A stretch of DNA of 64,000 bases, taken from IMG/VR virus record IMGVR_UViG_3300032296_003714, positions 43,330 to 107,329 of that record; one strand, given 5' to 3'. Within the stretch, counting starts at the first letter, position 1. Each line of letters opens with the position of its first letter. Made by a program: the position numbers and the translations under genes. This DNA is from a virus. Positions 16,901 to 27,900 of this stretch are shown here, piece after piece. The notes beneath the pieces are model-generated. The model made no database searches and had not been told where the DNA came from. It saw nothing but the letters and a program-made list of their open reading frames with translations.

Positions 16901-19900
16901 ATGGCAACAGTACAAACTAATCAGAAAGTGTTTGTTTCTCCAGGTGTCTATACCTCAGAAACAGATTTGTCTTTTGTGGCTCAGAGTGTGGGTGTAACTA
17001 CACTTGGTTTGGTTGGTGAGACTCTTAAGGGTCCAGCATTCGAACCTATTTTCATAACAAATTACGACGAGTTCCAAGCGTTCTTCGGAGGCTCAGAACC
17101 AACAAAATTTGTGAATACACAAATACCAAAATATGAAGCTTCATATATAGCTAAATCATATTTACAACAATCTAACCAACTTTTCGTAACAAGAGTTTTA
17201 GGTTTATCAGGATACGACGCGGGTCCTTCTTGGACTTTAAAAGTCACGGCTAATGTTGACCCTGGAACAATCGGGCTTGACCCAGCTGTAGGAACTCCGT
17301 GGACAATCAACTTTTCTGGTGTTGCTTCTGCAGATACGGTAACTCTAATAGGTTCTCTCCCTGATGAAATTAATAACTTGTTGAATACTCAGTATAGATT
17401 AAGTGATGGAAGTACTTCATCATTCAATCAAGACTTTAGTAATACACTCGATGCTTTTGCAACAACACCTAGTACAACAGGAACAACCGCAATAGTGTAC
17501 GGTTCTATACCAAGTGCAGATTATGTAAGTCTAACATCTTTTCGTTCAACATTAACAAATGTATTTGGTGTTGATTCACTAAACTTAGATAATAATGATT
17601 TGTCTAGTAGTGACAATTACTCTTGGTTATATTCTAATTTCTCTAACTATAGTGGAAATGATTATTCAGGTTTCTCATTTGACTATATAGTGACAAGTTT
17701 TACAACAGGTGCTTCATCAACATATTCAGGTACCCTATCAGGTAATGTATATACATATTCAGGAAGTGCTTACTCACAATATAATAATTTAGTTATCGCT
17801 ACATTACGTTCTAGAGGTATTTCACTATATGATAGTAATAATCATGGACCACAGTATGAAGTTTCAGGAACAACAGATTTGGAAATGGTTTGTACTGGTT
17901 CTTATTCGGGAGTATCAAGCAATCCATATTCAACATTCTTACTTTCAGGTGTGACAAAAGATGGTGACGATTTCTCATTTGAAACATCATTGTCAAGTGT
18001 TAGTAGTAAGTTCTTACCAAAAGTTTTAGGATATGATAACTTCGGTAAATCAAGAAATGAAGTTCCAGTTTTCGTTGAGGAGATTTATCCTGTAGCTTTA
18101 GATTACCTTTACGACAAAGGTTATATCCGTGGTTTAAGTTGTGATTTAATTGCATTACCTGCAGCTAGTACATATAACGCAGATTCAATAGCTTGGAATC
18201 TTGAAAAATATACGACCCCTACTTCACCTTTTATTGTTTCAGAATTGAGAGGTAATAAAGTTTACAAATTATTCAGATTTATTTCTATATCTGATGGTAC
18301 TTCTGCAAACACTGAAATAAAGGTATCAATAGCAAATATTTCTTTTGCTAACTTATCTTTTGATGTATTAGTAAGAAGTTTCTTTGACACAGACCAAAAC
18401 CCTGTGGTTATCGAGAAATATACAAATTGTACTATGGACCCAGCATCTAATAGTTTCGTAGGTAAGAAAATAGGTTCTTTTGATGGAGAATACCCATTGG
18501 TTTCAAAATATATCATGGTTGAAATGTCCAAAGAAGCTCCTATAGATGCTTTACCTTGTGGATTCTATGGATATGACCAAAGAATTTATGATACAACATC
18601 TAACTTATCACCTGTACCAGTGTATAAAACAAAATACGATTATCCTGGTGAACCAGTGTTTAACCCTCCTTTCGGTATTACCGCTTACGGAGCTAGTGTT
18701 AACGATTCTCCTGGTGATAATGTAAGAAGAACTTATTTAGGATTTTCAACTGTAGTAGGTGTTGATGAATCTTTCTTACAATATAAAGGTAAACAAAACC
18801 CTTCAGCTGCAACATGGGGAGTAGCATATGATTCTGTACCTTGGAATTATCTTACTCAAGGTTTCCATATGGACTCAGGAGCAACTGTTGTATCAATAGG
18901 TTCAGAATACGTGACTAGCGGAACTGCAGCATTCCAATGCGGAAGTGCGGAGTTCAGAGCAGAACCTGATACTCAAGAAAATCCATACTATTATATCTAC
19001 TCAAGAAAATACACAGTATGTTTTGCGGGTGGATTTGACGGATGGGATATCTATAGAGAATATAGGACAAACCAAGATAGATTTAGACTTGGAGCGGCAG
19101 GTTACTTAGCAGGTGCTGCACCATCAACAAGATACCCAACAGCAACTGGTCAAGGTATGTTTAAGAGAATTGTGGTAGCCAAAAATACTCAAGACTTTGC
19201 AAACACTGACTACTACGCTTACCTATTAGGTATTCTATCTTTCTCAAACCCTGAATCTACAAACATCAATGTTTTTGCAACATCAAGTATTGATTATGTA
19301 AACAATGGTAAACTTGTGGAACAGGCGGTTAACATGGTACAGTTCTCAAGAGCGGACTCTGTGTACATCGCAACAACTCCTGACTACCCAATGTATCAGC
19401 CAGATTCAACTGACCCTGAATTGATTATTCAACCTCAAGAGGCGGTAGATAACTTAGATAACACAGGTCTTGATTCAAACTATACAGCTACTTACTATCC
19501 ATGGATTTTGGTTAGGGATACTGTTAACAATACACAATTATATCTTCCACCAACAGGTGAGGTTTGTAGAAACTTGGCTCTTACAGATAACATCGCATTC
19601 CCTTGGTTCGCATCGGCGGGTTACACAAGAGGTCTTGTAAACTCTGTTAAGGCAAGAGTTAAACTAACTCAAGAAGGTAGAGATATTCTTTATCAAGGTA
19701 GAATCAACCCAATCGCAACTTTCTCTGATGTAGGAACTGTAATTTGGGGTAACAAAACTCTACAAGTTGCTGACTCAGCACTTAACAGATTGAATGTTAG
19801 AAGATTACTACTTCAGGCTCGTAAGTTGATTTCAGCGGTAGCAGTTAGATTGTTGTTCGAACAAAACGACCAAATCGTTAGACAACAGTTCTTGGATAGT

Positions 19901-20095
19901 GTTAACCCAATCCTTGATTCAATCAGAAGAGACAGAGGTCTTTATGACTTCAGAGTAACGGTTTCTTCTTCACCTGAAGATTTGGATAGAAACACACTAA
20001 CAGGTAGAATTTATCTAAAACCAACGAAAGCACTTGAATTCATTGAGATTGAGTTCTTGATTACACCAACAGGTGCTTCGTTTGAAAATATCTAA
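16901..20095 (+). CDS. contractile tail sheath protein
   Basis: VSPGVYTSETD, GETLKGPAFEP, PWFASAGYTRG, WGNKTL, RLNVRRLL and KPTKALEFIEIEF motifs. Confidence 0.96.
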   Translation: MATVQTNQKVFVSPGVYTSETDLSFVAQSVGVTTLGLVGETLKGPAFEPIFITNYDEFQAFFGGSEPTKFVNTQIPKYEASYIAKSYLQQSNQLFVTRVLGLSGYDAGPSWTLKVTANVDPGTIGLDPAVGTPWTINFSGVASADTVTLIGSLPDEINNLLNTQYRLSDGSTSSFNQDFSNTLDAFATTPSTTGTTAIVYGSIPSADYVSLTSFRSTLTNVFGVDSLNLDNNDLSSSDNYSWLYSNFSNYSGNDYSGFSFDYIVTSFTTGASSTYSGTLSGNVYTYSGSAYSQYNNLVIATLRSRGISLYDSNNHGPQYEVSGTTDLEMVCTGSYSGVSSNPYSTFLLSGVTKDGDDFSFETSLSSVSSKFLPKVLGYDNFGKSRNEVPVFVEEIYPVALDYLYDKGYIRGLSCDLIALPAASTYNADSIAWNLEKYTTPTSPFIVSELRGNKVYKLFRFISISDGTSANTEIKVSIANISFANLSFDVLVRSFFDTDQNPVVIEKYTNCTMDPASNSFVGKKIGSFDGEYPLVSKYIMVEMSKEAPIDALPCGFYGYDQRIYDTTSNLSPVPVYKTKYDYPGEPVFNPPFGITAYGASVNDSPGDNVRRTYLGFSTVVGVDESFLQYKGKQNPSAATWGVAYDSVPWNYLTQGFHMDSGATVVSIGSEYVTSGTAAFQCGSAEFRAEPDTQENPYYYIYSRKYTVCFAGGFDGWDIYREYRTNQDRFRLGAAGYLAGAAPSTRYPTATGQGMFKRIVVAKNTQDFANTDYYAYLLGILSFSNPESTNINVFATSSIDYVNNGKLVEQAVNMVQFSRADSVYIATTPDYPMYQPDSTDPELIIQPQEAVDNLDNTGLDSNYTATYYPWILVRDTVNNTQLYLPPTGEVCRNLALTDNIAFPWFASAGYTRGLVNSVKARVKLTQEGRDILYQGRINPIATFSDVGTVIWGNKTLQVADSALNRLNVRRLLLQARKLISAVAVRLLFEQNDQIVRQQFLDSVNPILDSIRRDRGLYDFRVTVSSSPEDLDRNTLTGRIYLKPTKALEFIEIEFLITPTGASFENI

Positions 20096-20114
20096 TAACA
20101 ATTTAGATTATAGT

Positions 20115-20145
20115 AAAACCCCTCCATAGTGAGGGGTTTTTATTT
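20115..20145 (+). terminator. intrinsic terminator after the sheath gene
   Basis: AAAACCCCTC-catagt-GAGGGGTTTT followed by a T-rich tract. Confidence 0.85.
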
Positions 20146-20164
20146 TATTTAATATTTATAAATC

Positions 20165-20542
20165 ATGAGATATATTATTTCTGAATCAAGATTGGAGGGA
20201 GCTCTGGAAAAAGTTTTTAATCAATATATAAATCTTGATGAGTTAAAATACTATCATCCTGTTGAGGAAACAGAAGATGGTGAAGAATACGATGATACAA
20301 ATAGAACTGCATTTTATTTAGGGGAAGACCCTTTGGATGGTGAACAGATTTTATGGTATTATGAGTGTGATTATTTTGATGAAAATGCGGTAGATATAAG
20401 GAGAAACTGTCCATTGTTAAGAATAGAATCAAACATAAAAGATACATTTGACGGTATTTTTGGAGATTTTTGGGTTGAACCATTTAAGAAATGGATTAAC
20501 TATTATTTGGATTTGAATGTCAAAAAAATTGATTATTTATAA
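20165..20542 (+). CDS. acidic hypothetical protein
   Basis: 125-aa ORF with its own TATTTAT motif; N-terminal YIISES tag. Confidence 0.65.
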   Translation: MRYIISESRLEGALEKVFNQYINLDELKYYHPVEETEDGEEYDDTNRTAFYLGEDPLDGEQILWYYECDYFDENAVDIRRNCPLLRIESNIKDTFDGIFGDFWVEPFKKWINYYLDLNVKKIDYL

Positions 20543-20561
20543 GTTTTAATATTTATATCAT

Positions 20562-21386
20562 ATGGTTTACATTATTAAAGAAGGTTTTAAGGATGAGGCA
20601 ACACCAATAATGAAATATTATGCCTTTGATTGGGATGATAATATTGTTCACATGCCGACAAAGATTATGTTGAAAACTGAAAATGGTGATGAGATTGGTA
20701 TGAGTACGGACGATTTTGCAAAGTACAGACATGATATTGGAAAAAAACCTGTTCAATACAACGGTGAAAAAATTGTTGGTTTTTCGGATAATGCGTTCAG
20801 AAATTTCAAAACTGCGGGAGACAAACAATTTATTATTGATTCAATGAAAGCTAAATTAGGTCCTGCGTTTGATGATTTTAGAGAAGCGATAAACAACGGG
20901 TCAATTTTTGCGATAATCACGGCTAGAGGTCACAACCCTAACACACTAAAACAAGCGATTTATAATTATATCGTTAGTGGTTTCGGCGGGATAGACAAAG
21001 ATGAATTATTAAAAAACTTAAGAAAGTATAGAACTTTTGTGGATGAAGAGGATATGTCAGACAATGAATTGATTAAAAGTTATTTGGAGTTGAACAAATA
21101 TCACCCTGTAACTTTTGGTCAAGGTGGGGCTGAAAATCCTGAAGAATTAAAAGTTATGGCAATGGATGATTTTGTATCTTATATTAAAGGAATGTCCGCA
21201 GTTCTCAATAAGAAGGCGTATATAAAAAAAGATATAGGAAATAAATTTATACCATCTAAACCAACTATAGGGTTTTCAGATGATGACCCTAGAAATGTAG
21301 AAGTAATGAAAAAGCATTTTGAAGATAAACCGGATAAAATGGTAAAGACTTATTCTACTGCAACTGGAACTAAAAAAGAAGTATAA
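20562..21386 (+). CDS. HAD-superfamily phosphatase
   Basis: FDWDDNI (DxD motif I), IITARGH (motif II) and IGFSDDD (motif IV). Confidence 0.75.
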   Translation: MVYIIKEGFKDEATPIMKYYAFDWDDNIVHMPTKIMLKTENGDEIGMSTDDFAKYRHDIGKKPVQYNGEKIVGFSDNAFRNFKTAGDKQFIIDSMKAKLGPAFDDFREAINNGSIFAIITARGHNPNTLKQAIYNYIVSGFGGIDKDELLKNLRKYRTFVDEEDMSDNELIKSYLELNKYHPVTFGQGGAENPEELKVMAMDDFVSYIKGMSAVLNKKAYIKKDIGNKFIPSKPTIGFSDDDPRNVEVMKKHFEDKPDKMVKTYSTATGTKKEV

Positions 21387-21481
21387 TTAATAATAATTTT
21401 TTGAAAAACGAAAGTAAATAGAAAAATTTTTAAACTGATTATATTTATAACATATAAACAAAGAAATTAAAAAATTATTAT

Positions 21482-21970
21482 ATGGCTGATTTATTAATGA
21501 AAATGCCTCTACCTTATGAACCGAAAAGACAAAATCGTTTCATTTTAAGGTTCCCTAGTACACTAGGTATAAATGAGTGGTTTGTAGAGACATCTAAGAG
21601 ACCTAGTATTAAAATCAAAGAAACTGAAATTCCTTTTTTAAATACATCAACATTCGTTGCGGGCAGATTCAACTGGGATGCAATTCCTGTTACATTCAGA
21701 GACCCAATCGGACCTTCTGCAGCTCAAGCTCTTATGGAGTGGGTTCGTTTACATGCTGAGTCTGTTACAGGTCGTATGGGTTATGCTGCGGGTTACAAAA
21801 AAGACATCGACATTGAAATGTTGGACCCGACAGGTGTGGTAGTTGAAAAGTGGATTCTATACGGAACTTTCTTAACGGGAGTAGACTTTGGTGTATTAAA
21901 CTACGCTCAAGACGGACTTTCAACTATAAGTGCAACACTTAGAATGGATAGATGTGTGTTAGTTTACTAA
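21482..21970 (+). CDS. tail tube protein (T4 gp19-like)
   Basis: EPKRQNRF, AGRFNW, YKKDIDIEMLDPTG.VVEKW and TLRMD motifs; follows the sheath. Confidence 0.92.
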   Translation: MADLLMKMPLPYEPKRQNRFILRFPSTLGINEWFVETSKRPSIKIKETEIPFLNTSTFVAGRFNWDAIPVTFRDPIGPSAAQALMEWVRLHAESVTGRMGYAAGYKKDIDIEMLDPTGVVVEKWILYGTFLTGVDFGVLNYAQDGLSTISATLRMDRCVLVY

Positions 21971-22002
21971 TACTATTTATAAAAAATCAATACTAATTAT
22001 AT

Positions 22003-22042
22003 TTAACCCTAAAGGTAATAAACTTTTAGGGTTAATTTTTTT
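22003..22042 (+). terminator. stem-loop plus U-tract between the tube and chaperone genes
   Basis: TTAACCCTAAAG...TTTTAGGGTTAA followed by TTTTTTT. Confidence 0.65.
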
Positions 22043-22044
22043 AT

Positions 22045-22788
22045 ATGGATGAACAATCAAGAATATATGGTCAACAAAATTTGACACTACCACACGATGT
22101 GGTTCCTTTACCATCAGAAGGTGTTTTTTATAAAAACAAGAAAAAATCATTAAAGGTCGGATATTTGACTGCCTCTGACGAAAATATACTTTTGGCTGGT
22201 GGCATGGATATTACAACAAATTTATTAAGAAACAAAATTTACGAACCTGATATTAGGGTTGATGATTTATTGGAAGGTGATGTTGAAGCAATATTAATCT
22301 TCTTGAGAAATACCGCTTTCGGTCCGGAAATGGAGTTAACATTAACAGACCCAAAAACATCCAAAAAGTTTAATGCATCTGTAATGTTAGATTCACTATC
22401 TGTAATTAAAGGGCAAGAGCCATCACCTGATGGAACTTTCACAACCACACTTCCAAAAAGTGAAAGTGTTATTAAATTGAAACCCTTAACGTATGGTGAG
22501 ATTATTGAAATTAACAGAATGGCTGAATCATACCCACAAGGTAGAGTATATCCAAAAGTCACGAATAAATTACAAAAACAAATCGTTGAAATAAATGGTG
22601 TTTCTGATAAAATAGAAATTGCTAAATTTGTGGAACAGATGCCAATTATGGACTCAAAGTTCATTCAAAAATTTATTAATGAAAACGAACCTAAATTGGA
22701 TATGGCTAAATATGTTACAACCCCATCAGGAGAAAAACTACAAGTTAATGTAGGTTTTGGGGTAGACTTTTTTCGCCCTTTCTTCTGA
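22045..22788 (+). CDS. tail assembly chaperone / T4 gp26-like baseplate hub protein
   Basis: VPLPSEGVFY, YLTASDENIL and LLEGDVEAILIFLRNTAFG motifs; position between tube and tape measure. Confidence 0.8.
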   Translation: MDEQSRIYGQQNLTLPHDVVPLPSEGVFYKNKKKSLKVGYLTASDENILLAGGMDITTNLLRNKIYEPDIRVDDLLEGDVEAILIFLRNTAFGPEMELTLTDPKTSKKFNASVMLDSLSVIKGQEPSPDGTFTTTLPKSESVIKLKPLTYGEIIEINRMAESYPQGRVYPKVTNKLQKQIVEINGVSDKIEIAKFVEQMPIMDSKFIQKFINENEPKLDMAKYVTTPSGEKLQVNVGFGVDFFRPFF

Positions 22789-22927
22789 GTATAGAAAGGG
22801 GCAAATAGATGAGTTCTATTATCTATCAACTTTATTCCATGTTAGTTGGTCTGATTTTGAAAAAATGCCTCTTTTTGTGAGAAAATATTTGTTAGATAAA
22901 TGGTACGAAGTCAATAAGAAGGACTGA
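22766..22927 (+). CDS. +1-frame extension of the chaperone (gp51/GT-like), probably reached by ribosomal frameshift
   Basis: Open from TAG 22763-65 to TGA 22925-27: (F)ALSSEYRKGQIDEFYYLSTLFHVSWSDFEKMPLFVRKYLLDKWYEVNKKD*. No ATG until 22865. Overlaps TTT TTT CGC at the chaperone 3' end. Confidence 0.7.
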   Translation, partial: TFFALSSEYRKGQIDEFYYLSTLFHVSWSDFEKMPLFVRKYLLDKWYEVNKKD

Positions 22928-22943
22928 ATTTTCAGTCCTTCTT
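22916..22943 (+). terminator. perfect 12-bp hairpin at the end of the frameshift extension
   Basis: AAGAAGGACTGA-attt-TCAGTCCTTCTT. Confidence 0.7.
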
Positions 22944-22968
22944 CTATTTATAATATAAATAATTTTTA

Positions 22969-24930
22969 ATGCCAGGAATCTTTGATGATATAGTAAAACT
23001 TTTTGCACCCCTCGGAGAAGTATTACCAACAGGAGCAAGAGTTGGGGAAATATTCAAAACTGTAATTGGCGGTACAGACGAGATAAATTCTAGGTTTACC
23101 CAAGGTAGACAAAGAGTAACTGAATTTAGTGCGGCAATTGGTGATAGTATTCCGATGGTAGAGCGATTGGGTGGTACTGCAAAAGATGCTGTTGGTGTCA
23201 TTGATGATGTTGCAGCTGCGACAAAAAGAAATGTGGTTGCAAGTGCTGAGGAAGTGTCAAAATTATATTCTGTACAACAATTAACAGGAACAGACGCTAA
23301 AAGACTTGTTGAAACATTCCAAAATGTAGGTATTCAGTTTTCACAAATAAGTGACCATGTAGGTGAATCGATAAAATATATACAAAGTGTTGGTGGTAAT
23401 GCTAGAGATATAATGAGGGAAGTTAATGGGTATGTTGAAAAAATTAACCAATATAATTTTCAGGATGGTGTATTAGGTCTTACTAGAATGGCAACACAAG
23501 CACAGCTATTGAAGTTTGATATGGGTAGTACTTTGGGTTTTGCTGAAAAAGTTATGGACCCCGAAGGCGCAATTAAAATGGCATCTGCCTTTCAAAGACT
23601 TGGAGTTGCTGCTGGAGATTTAACTGACCCATTCCAATTGATGTATAAGTCATTAAATGACCCCGAAGGATTACAAAATAGTATTGTCAACATGACAAAA
23701 CAATTTACCTATTTTGATGAGAAGGCAAATGCTTTCAAAATAAATCCGCAGGGTATGTTAATGTTAAGACAAATAGGTACTGAAGCGGGAATAAGTAGTA
23801 CTGAACTATCTAAGATGGCATTAAATGCTGCAGATTTAGATAAAAAAATCTCACAAATATCACCATCTTTCGATTTCGAAAACGAAGAAGACAAACAATA
23901 TATTGCTAATATTGCTAAGATGGGTAAAGGTGGTGAATATGAAATAACTGTTAAAGATGAAAAAACGGGAAAAGATAAGACTATCCTTTTACAAGAAGCA
24001 ACAAATGAACAATTACAAGAATTAATAGATAGGCAAAAGGAAGGTAGAGAAGACCAAACAGTAGAAGATATACAAAAATTACAAATAGATGCTTTGAGTG
24101 CTGTTGTTAATGAATTGAAAGCGACAAGGGATGAATATATTGCAGGTGCTGCATCATCTAGAGAACTTACAAAAGCTCTAAACGGAATGGAACTCAGACT
24201 TTCGGCTTTGAATGCAATACAAGAATTTAAAGAAAAAAAAGGGATTGATAAAACAACAACAACAACTATTAGAGATGAGGTAGATAAAAATGTACCTCTT
24301 GTCATGAAGATGATTACGGACTTTTTTACTCAGGATAAAGAAAAGATGAAAGAAGATTTAAAAGTTCTTATTGAGCAGATAAAAGTTTTTAGTAAAGAAT
24401 CTTTGAAAGAAGTTGCGGAAGGAATTAAAAAGGCTTTGGAAATTTTAAAGGATAAGGCTCAGGGTAAGGCTTCAGGTGGATATGTCTATGGTAAAGGGAC
24501 ACAAACCTCAGATTCAATACCTACTTTATTAAGTAATGGTGAGTTTGTTGTTAACGCAGCGTCAACAGCTGCTTTTGGACCACTATTAGAAACTATCAAC
24601 GAAAACCCTAACTATGATTTGAAACCGTTTGCAAATCAAGGATTGGAGCTCAAAAACACCAACGATATTGCAGCTTCAACCATAACCAACAGAAGTATAA
24701 CGGAACAAATATCCAATTTGAACACATCTACATCTAATACTGAAACAAAAACGAGTAAAATTGAATTTGGAGAAATTTCACCGCTTAAAGTGATTTTTGA
24801 AAAAGGACCAGGATTTTCAGACAGTGATATGGCAATGCTCGAATATAATCTTGGTAAGAGTAATATTACAGAACAACTAACTAAGAGCATATCGGAAAAA
24901 CTAAAGGTTTTACAAGTTAAAGAGGCATAA
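22969..24930 (+). CDS. tape measure protein
   Basis: Helical Ala/Gln-rich protein after the chaperone; ASGGYV.GKGT.TSDSIPTLLSNGEFVVNA motif typical of TMP C-termini. Confidence 0.85.
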   Translation: MPGIFDDIVKLFAPLGEVLPTGARVGEIFKTVIGGTDEINSRFTQGRQRVTEFSAAIGDSIPMVERLGGTAKDAVGVIDDVAAATKRNVVASAEEVSKLYSVQQLTGTDAKRLVETFQNVGIQFSQISDHVGESIKYIQSVGGNARDIMREVNGYVEKINQYNFQDGVLGLTRMATQAQLLKFDMGSTLGFAEKVMDPEGAIKMASAFQRLGVAAGDLTDPFQLMYKSLNDPEGLQNSIVNMTKQFTYFDEKANAFKINPQGMLMLRQIGTEAGISSTELSKMALNAADLDKKISQISPSFDFENEEDKQYIANIAKMGKGGEYEITVKDEKTGKDKTILLQEATNEQLQELIDRQKEGREDQTVEDIQKLQIDALSAVVNELKATRDEYIAGAASSRELTKALNGMELRLSALNAIQEFKEKKGIDKTTTTTIRDEVDKNVPLVMKMITDFFTQDKEKMKEDLKVLIEQIKVFSKESLKEVAEGIKKALEILKDKAQGKASGGYVYGKGTQTSDSIPTLLSNGEFVVNAASTAAFGPLLETINENPNYDLKPFANQGLELKNTNDIAASTITNRSITEQISNLNTSTSNTETKTSKIEFGEISPLKVIFEKGPGFSDSDMAMLEYNLGKSNITEQLTKSISEKLKVLQVKEA

Positions 24931-24969
24931 TAAAAAATGTTAGTTAGCTATTTATTATAAAATAATTAA

Positions 24970-27900
24970 ATGGCAAGTCCATTACTAGTCACATCAGAGG
25001 TTTTTAGAAAGAAAATTCTTGTTAAAAATTTGACCCCTTATAACAAGTCGCCTAGGAAAATTGTGCCTCCTGTAGACTACCCTACAAATATATCTGATTT
25101 AGCGGTTAAAGATTCCCCTGACGATTTAATTGACACACCAATCTTTGCGAAAGAACTTTATACTAAAAACCAATATGGTGCTGAGGGAGGTTATAAACAA
25201 GTGCCTGACCCAGGAGCTTTGCTTAATACTAAATCTAATGAAGGCGAGTATGGACCAGGCCAACAAGATGCTAAAATTTTAGACCAAGGATTTTCTGAAT
25301 CAAAAAAATGGAAACCATTAAACGCTTATGCTAACGGACCAACAGTTGTCGACTCAGCAGAAGCATTTTCAACTTTAGACATTGTTTATCCAAACGGAGG
25401 CAGAACCCCAAACGGTCAACCATACCCAACAACATTTAACCCTTCATCATATAGTCCTGTATCAATATTACTAACATCTGACCCACAGGGTAGTAATGGT
25501 TTGTTGAGTGCTGACTCGTATATTGCTAGATTAGGTGCCACAGTATTAAGAAAAGAATTTGAAACTAGAATTGGTAATGAGATTAGACAAAACACAATTG
25601 CACGAGCAAACATATTCAATGTTAGAAGTGGTACCGACCTATTGAACATTGTTACAGGTAGAGTTCCTTTGATACAGCCTGATTATAGAATTACAGTACC
25701 TGCAAATCCTATATTAGCGGCAACTGATTTTGCTTTAAGGTTGGCTGGTAGTATATTACCCGTATCACCTATTGTTGGTTCATATTGGGATACTAGCATT
25801 AATTCAGGGCAACCAACAACAATACAACAATTAACAAATGCTTTCAAAAGGAGCGGAACAGGTAAGTTCTTCTCAAGGGTACTTGGTTTTAACAAAACAG
25901 GCTCACAACTTTTTTTGAATAACACAGGTGGAGGACAAAAATCAAGATTATTTGATAACCTTGACTATAACAAATACAAACCAAACTATACAAGAACTAT
26001 ATTAGATAGACTCGGTGGCGCAATAGTAGGAACAACATCAACTGTTAGTAACTATTATATTGGTTCAATAACATCAGACCCATCAAGAATACTTTCTCCT
26101 GGTGGTGATGTCCCTGTGGATAGTTTCGCTAGAGAAGTTAGTACACCTGTATATGGACCAACCGAGTTGGCTCAACTATACGAAGGACCTTCAAGAAGTA
26201 GTAGATTAGGTGCTAACGGACCATCATATGGTAATGGTGGTGGTGTTGAAGGTGGATTTACTTGGGTCTCACCAAAATATAAAGGAAATGCGGGTAAGAA
26301 AGTCGGTATTGGTGGAGAAATTATACAACAAGACGAAGACTTTAAACCCTCTTCATATAACTCAACTGAATCTACAAATTCAGAATTTAGAGACGGTTCA
26401 ATACTTGATGACACACAAAGATTGATTGATAGTCAACCATCTGGAGGTAGAAGACTACAACATGTGGGAAATGCTATAGACCAAGTAAGTAAAGTTTTCC
26501 ATGATGGATATAAAGAAATAACTAAAGGTTCACAGGTTATAAAATACACAGGTGCAATAGGACAAGAGGTTGGTTATGAATACTGTAGAGTTTTTACTAA
26601 AGACGTACCATACCTCCAATACAATGATTTACAAAAAGTTGATGGTATCACGACCTCAGGTAGAAAAATATCATATTCAGTGTTGGATAATACATACAAT
26701 CTAAACATATTTCCAAATAAAAAAGATAGTGCTGGTAATTCGACTAATTTAGTCGGTGACAATGAGAACACTTATTATGCTAAGAAATATATGTTTTCTT
26801 TGGAAAATTTGGCGTGGAGAACATCAAGTACACCTGGATATACTGTATCAGATTTGCCTGTTTGTGAGAGAGGACCTAATGGTGGTAGGGTAATGTGGTT
26901 TCCACCTTACGACCTAAAGTTTTCAGAAACTAATACCGCTTCATGGAAAGATTCCTCTTTCATAGGAAGACCCGAACCAGTCTATACTTATTCAAACACA
27001 AGAAGAACAGGTTCACTGTCTTGGAAAATTGTTGTAGACCATCCATCAGTTCTAAATCTGATTGTAAATAAAGTTCTAAATAATGAAACAAACAATTCAA
27101 GAATTGATAATATGATTAATTCTTTCTTTGCGGGTTGTTTAAAATATGACTTATATGAGTTGGCGGAAAAATATCCGTTGGCGAATCCCAATGAGTTATA
27201 TAATATCCAAAGAGAACTTGATGCTGGTAAATTAAGTAAAGAACAAGTACAAACAGTAAAGAATACTTTGACAACTGGTAATGAATCACCAACAGGTCAA
27301 GAAATGAGTGTTAAAAGTAATGTTGATTTAAATACAAATAATATTCAAACAGCGTTAACAGGTATAGGTTTTTATTTTGAAAATGAAGAACCTGATAATA
27401 GTTCATCATCGTTTTCATCTTTATACGATACATATATTTTAAGAAAACCTGTAATTATTGACCAGTCCCCAACAGTTACAGACCCATATAATAGTGGACC
27501 ACAACAGGTATCGACATTTTTCAATAATGTTGTTCAGTGGAATTACGAACAGTTCAATAAAAATTTGACTGACATATACAATGGATTTAATAGTGGTAAT
27601 ATAGAAAAGGTCATATTTAATTTAGCAGGAACCACAAGTAGTTCAACTAATAGACAATATAACAATAGAGTTAACTCAAACAGGATAGAATCTATTAAAA
27701 CGTATATTAAAAATTATAAACCTGGAGGAGCCCAAAAAACTTTGGGTCAAATTTCCGAAAGCAGAATAACTTATGTTACGGCAGCTTCAGAATCTTCAGT
27801 AAGAACAAAATCAAGTTCGGGATACGGAGAGTCTTATAATTGTGGTGAAAAAGATACAAAAAAAACAGACTCAACTAATGTGAATACGGTAAACGCGATG

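Noticed and set aside
22865-22927. Independent 20-aa ORF MPLFVRKYLLDKWYEVNKKD
   Set aside because: Protein-like sequence extends about 30 codons upstream in the same frame to the slippery site, so a frameshift extension explains it better; independent initiation is not fully excluded
23709-24305. 198-aa antisense ORF and the other short antisense or out-of-frame ORFs in the track
   Set aside because: They lie within well-supported genes, lack motifs, and are expected from codon bias
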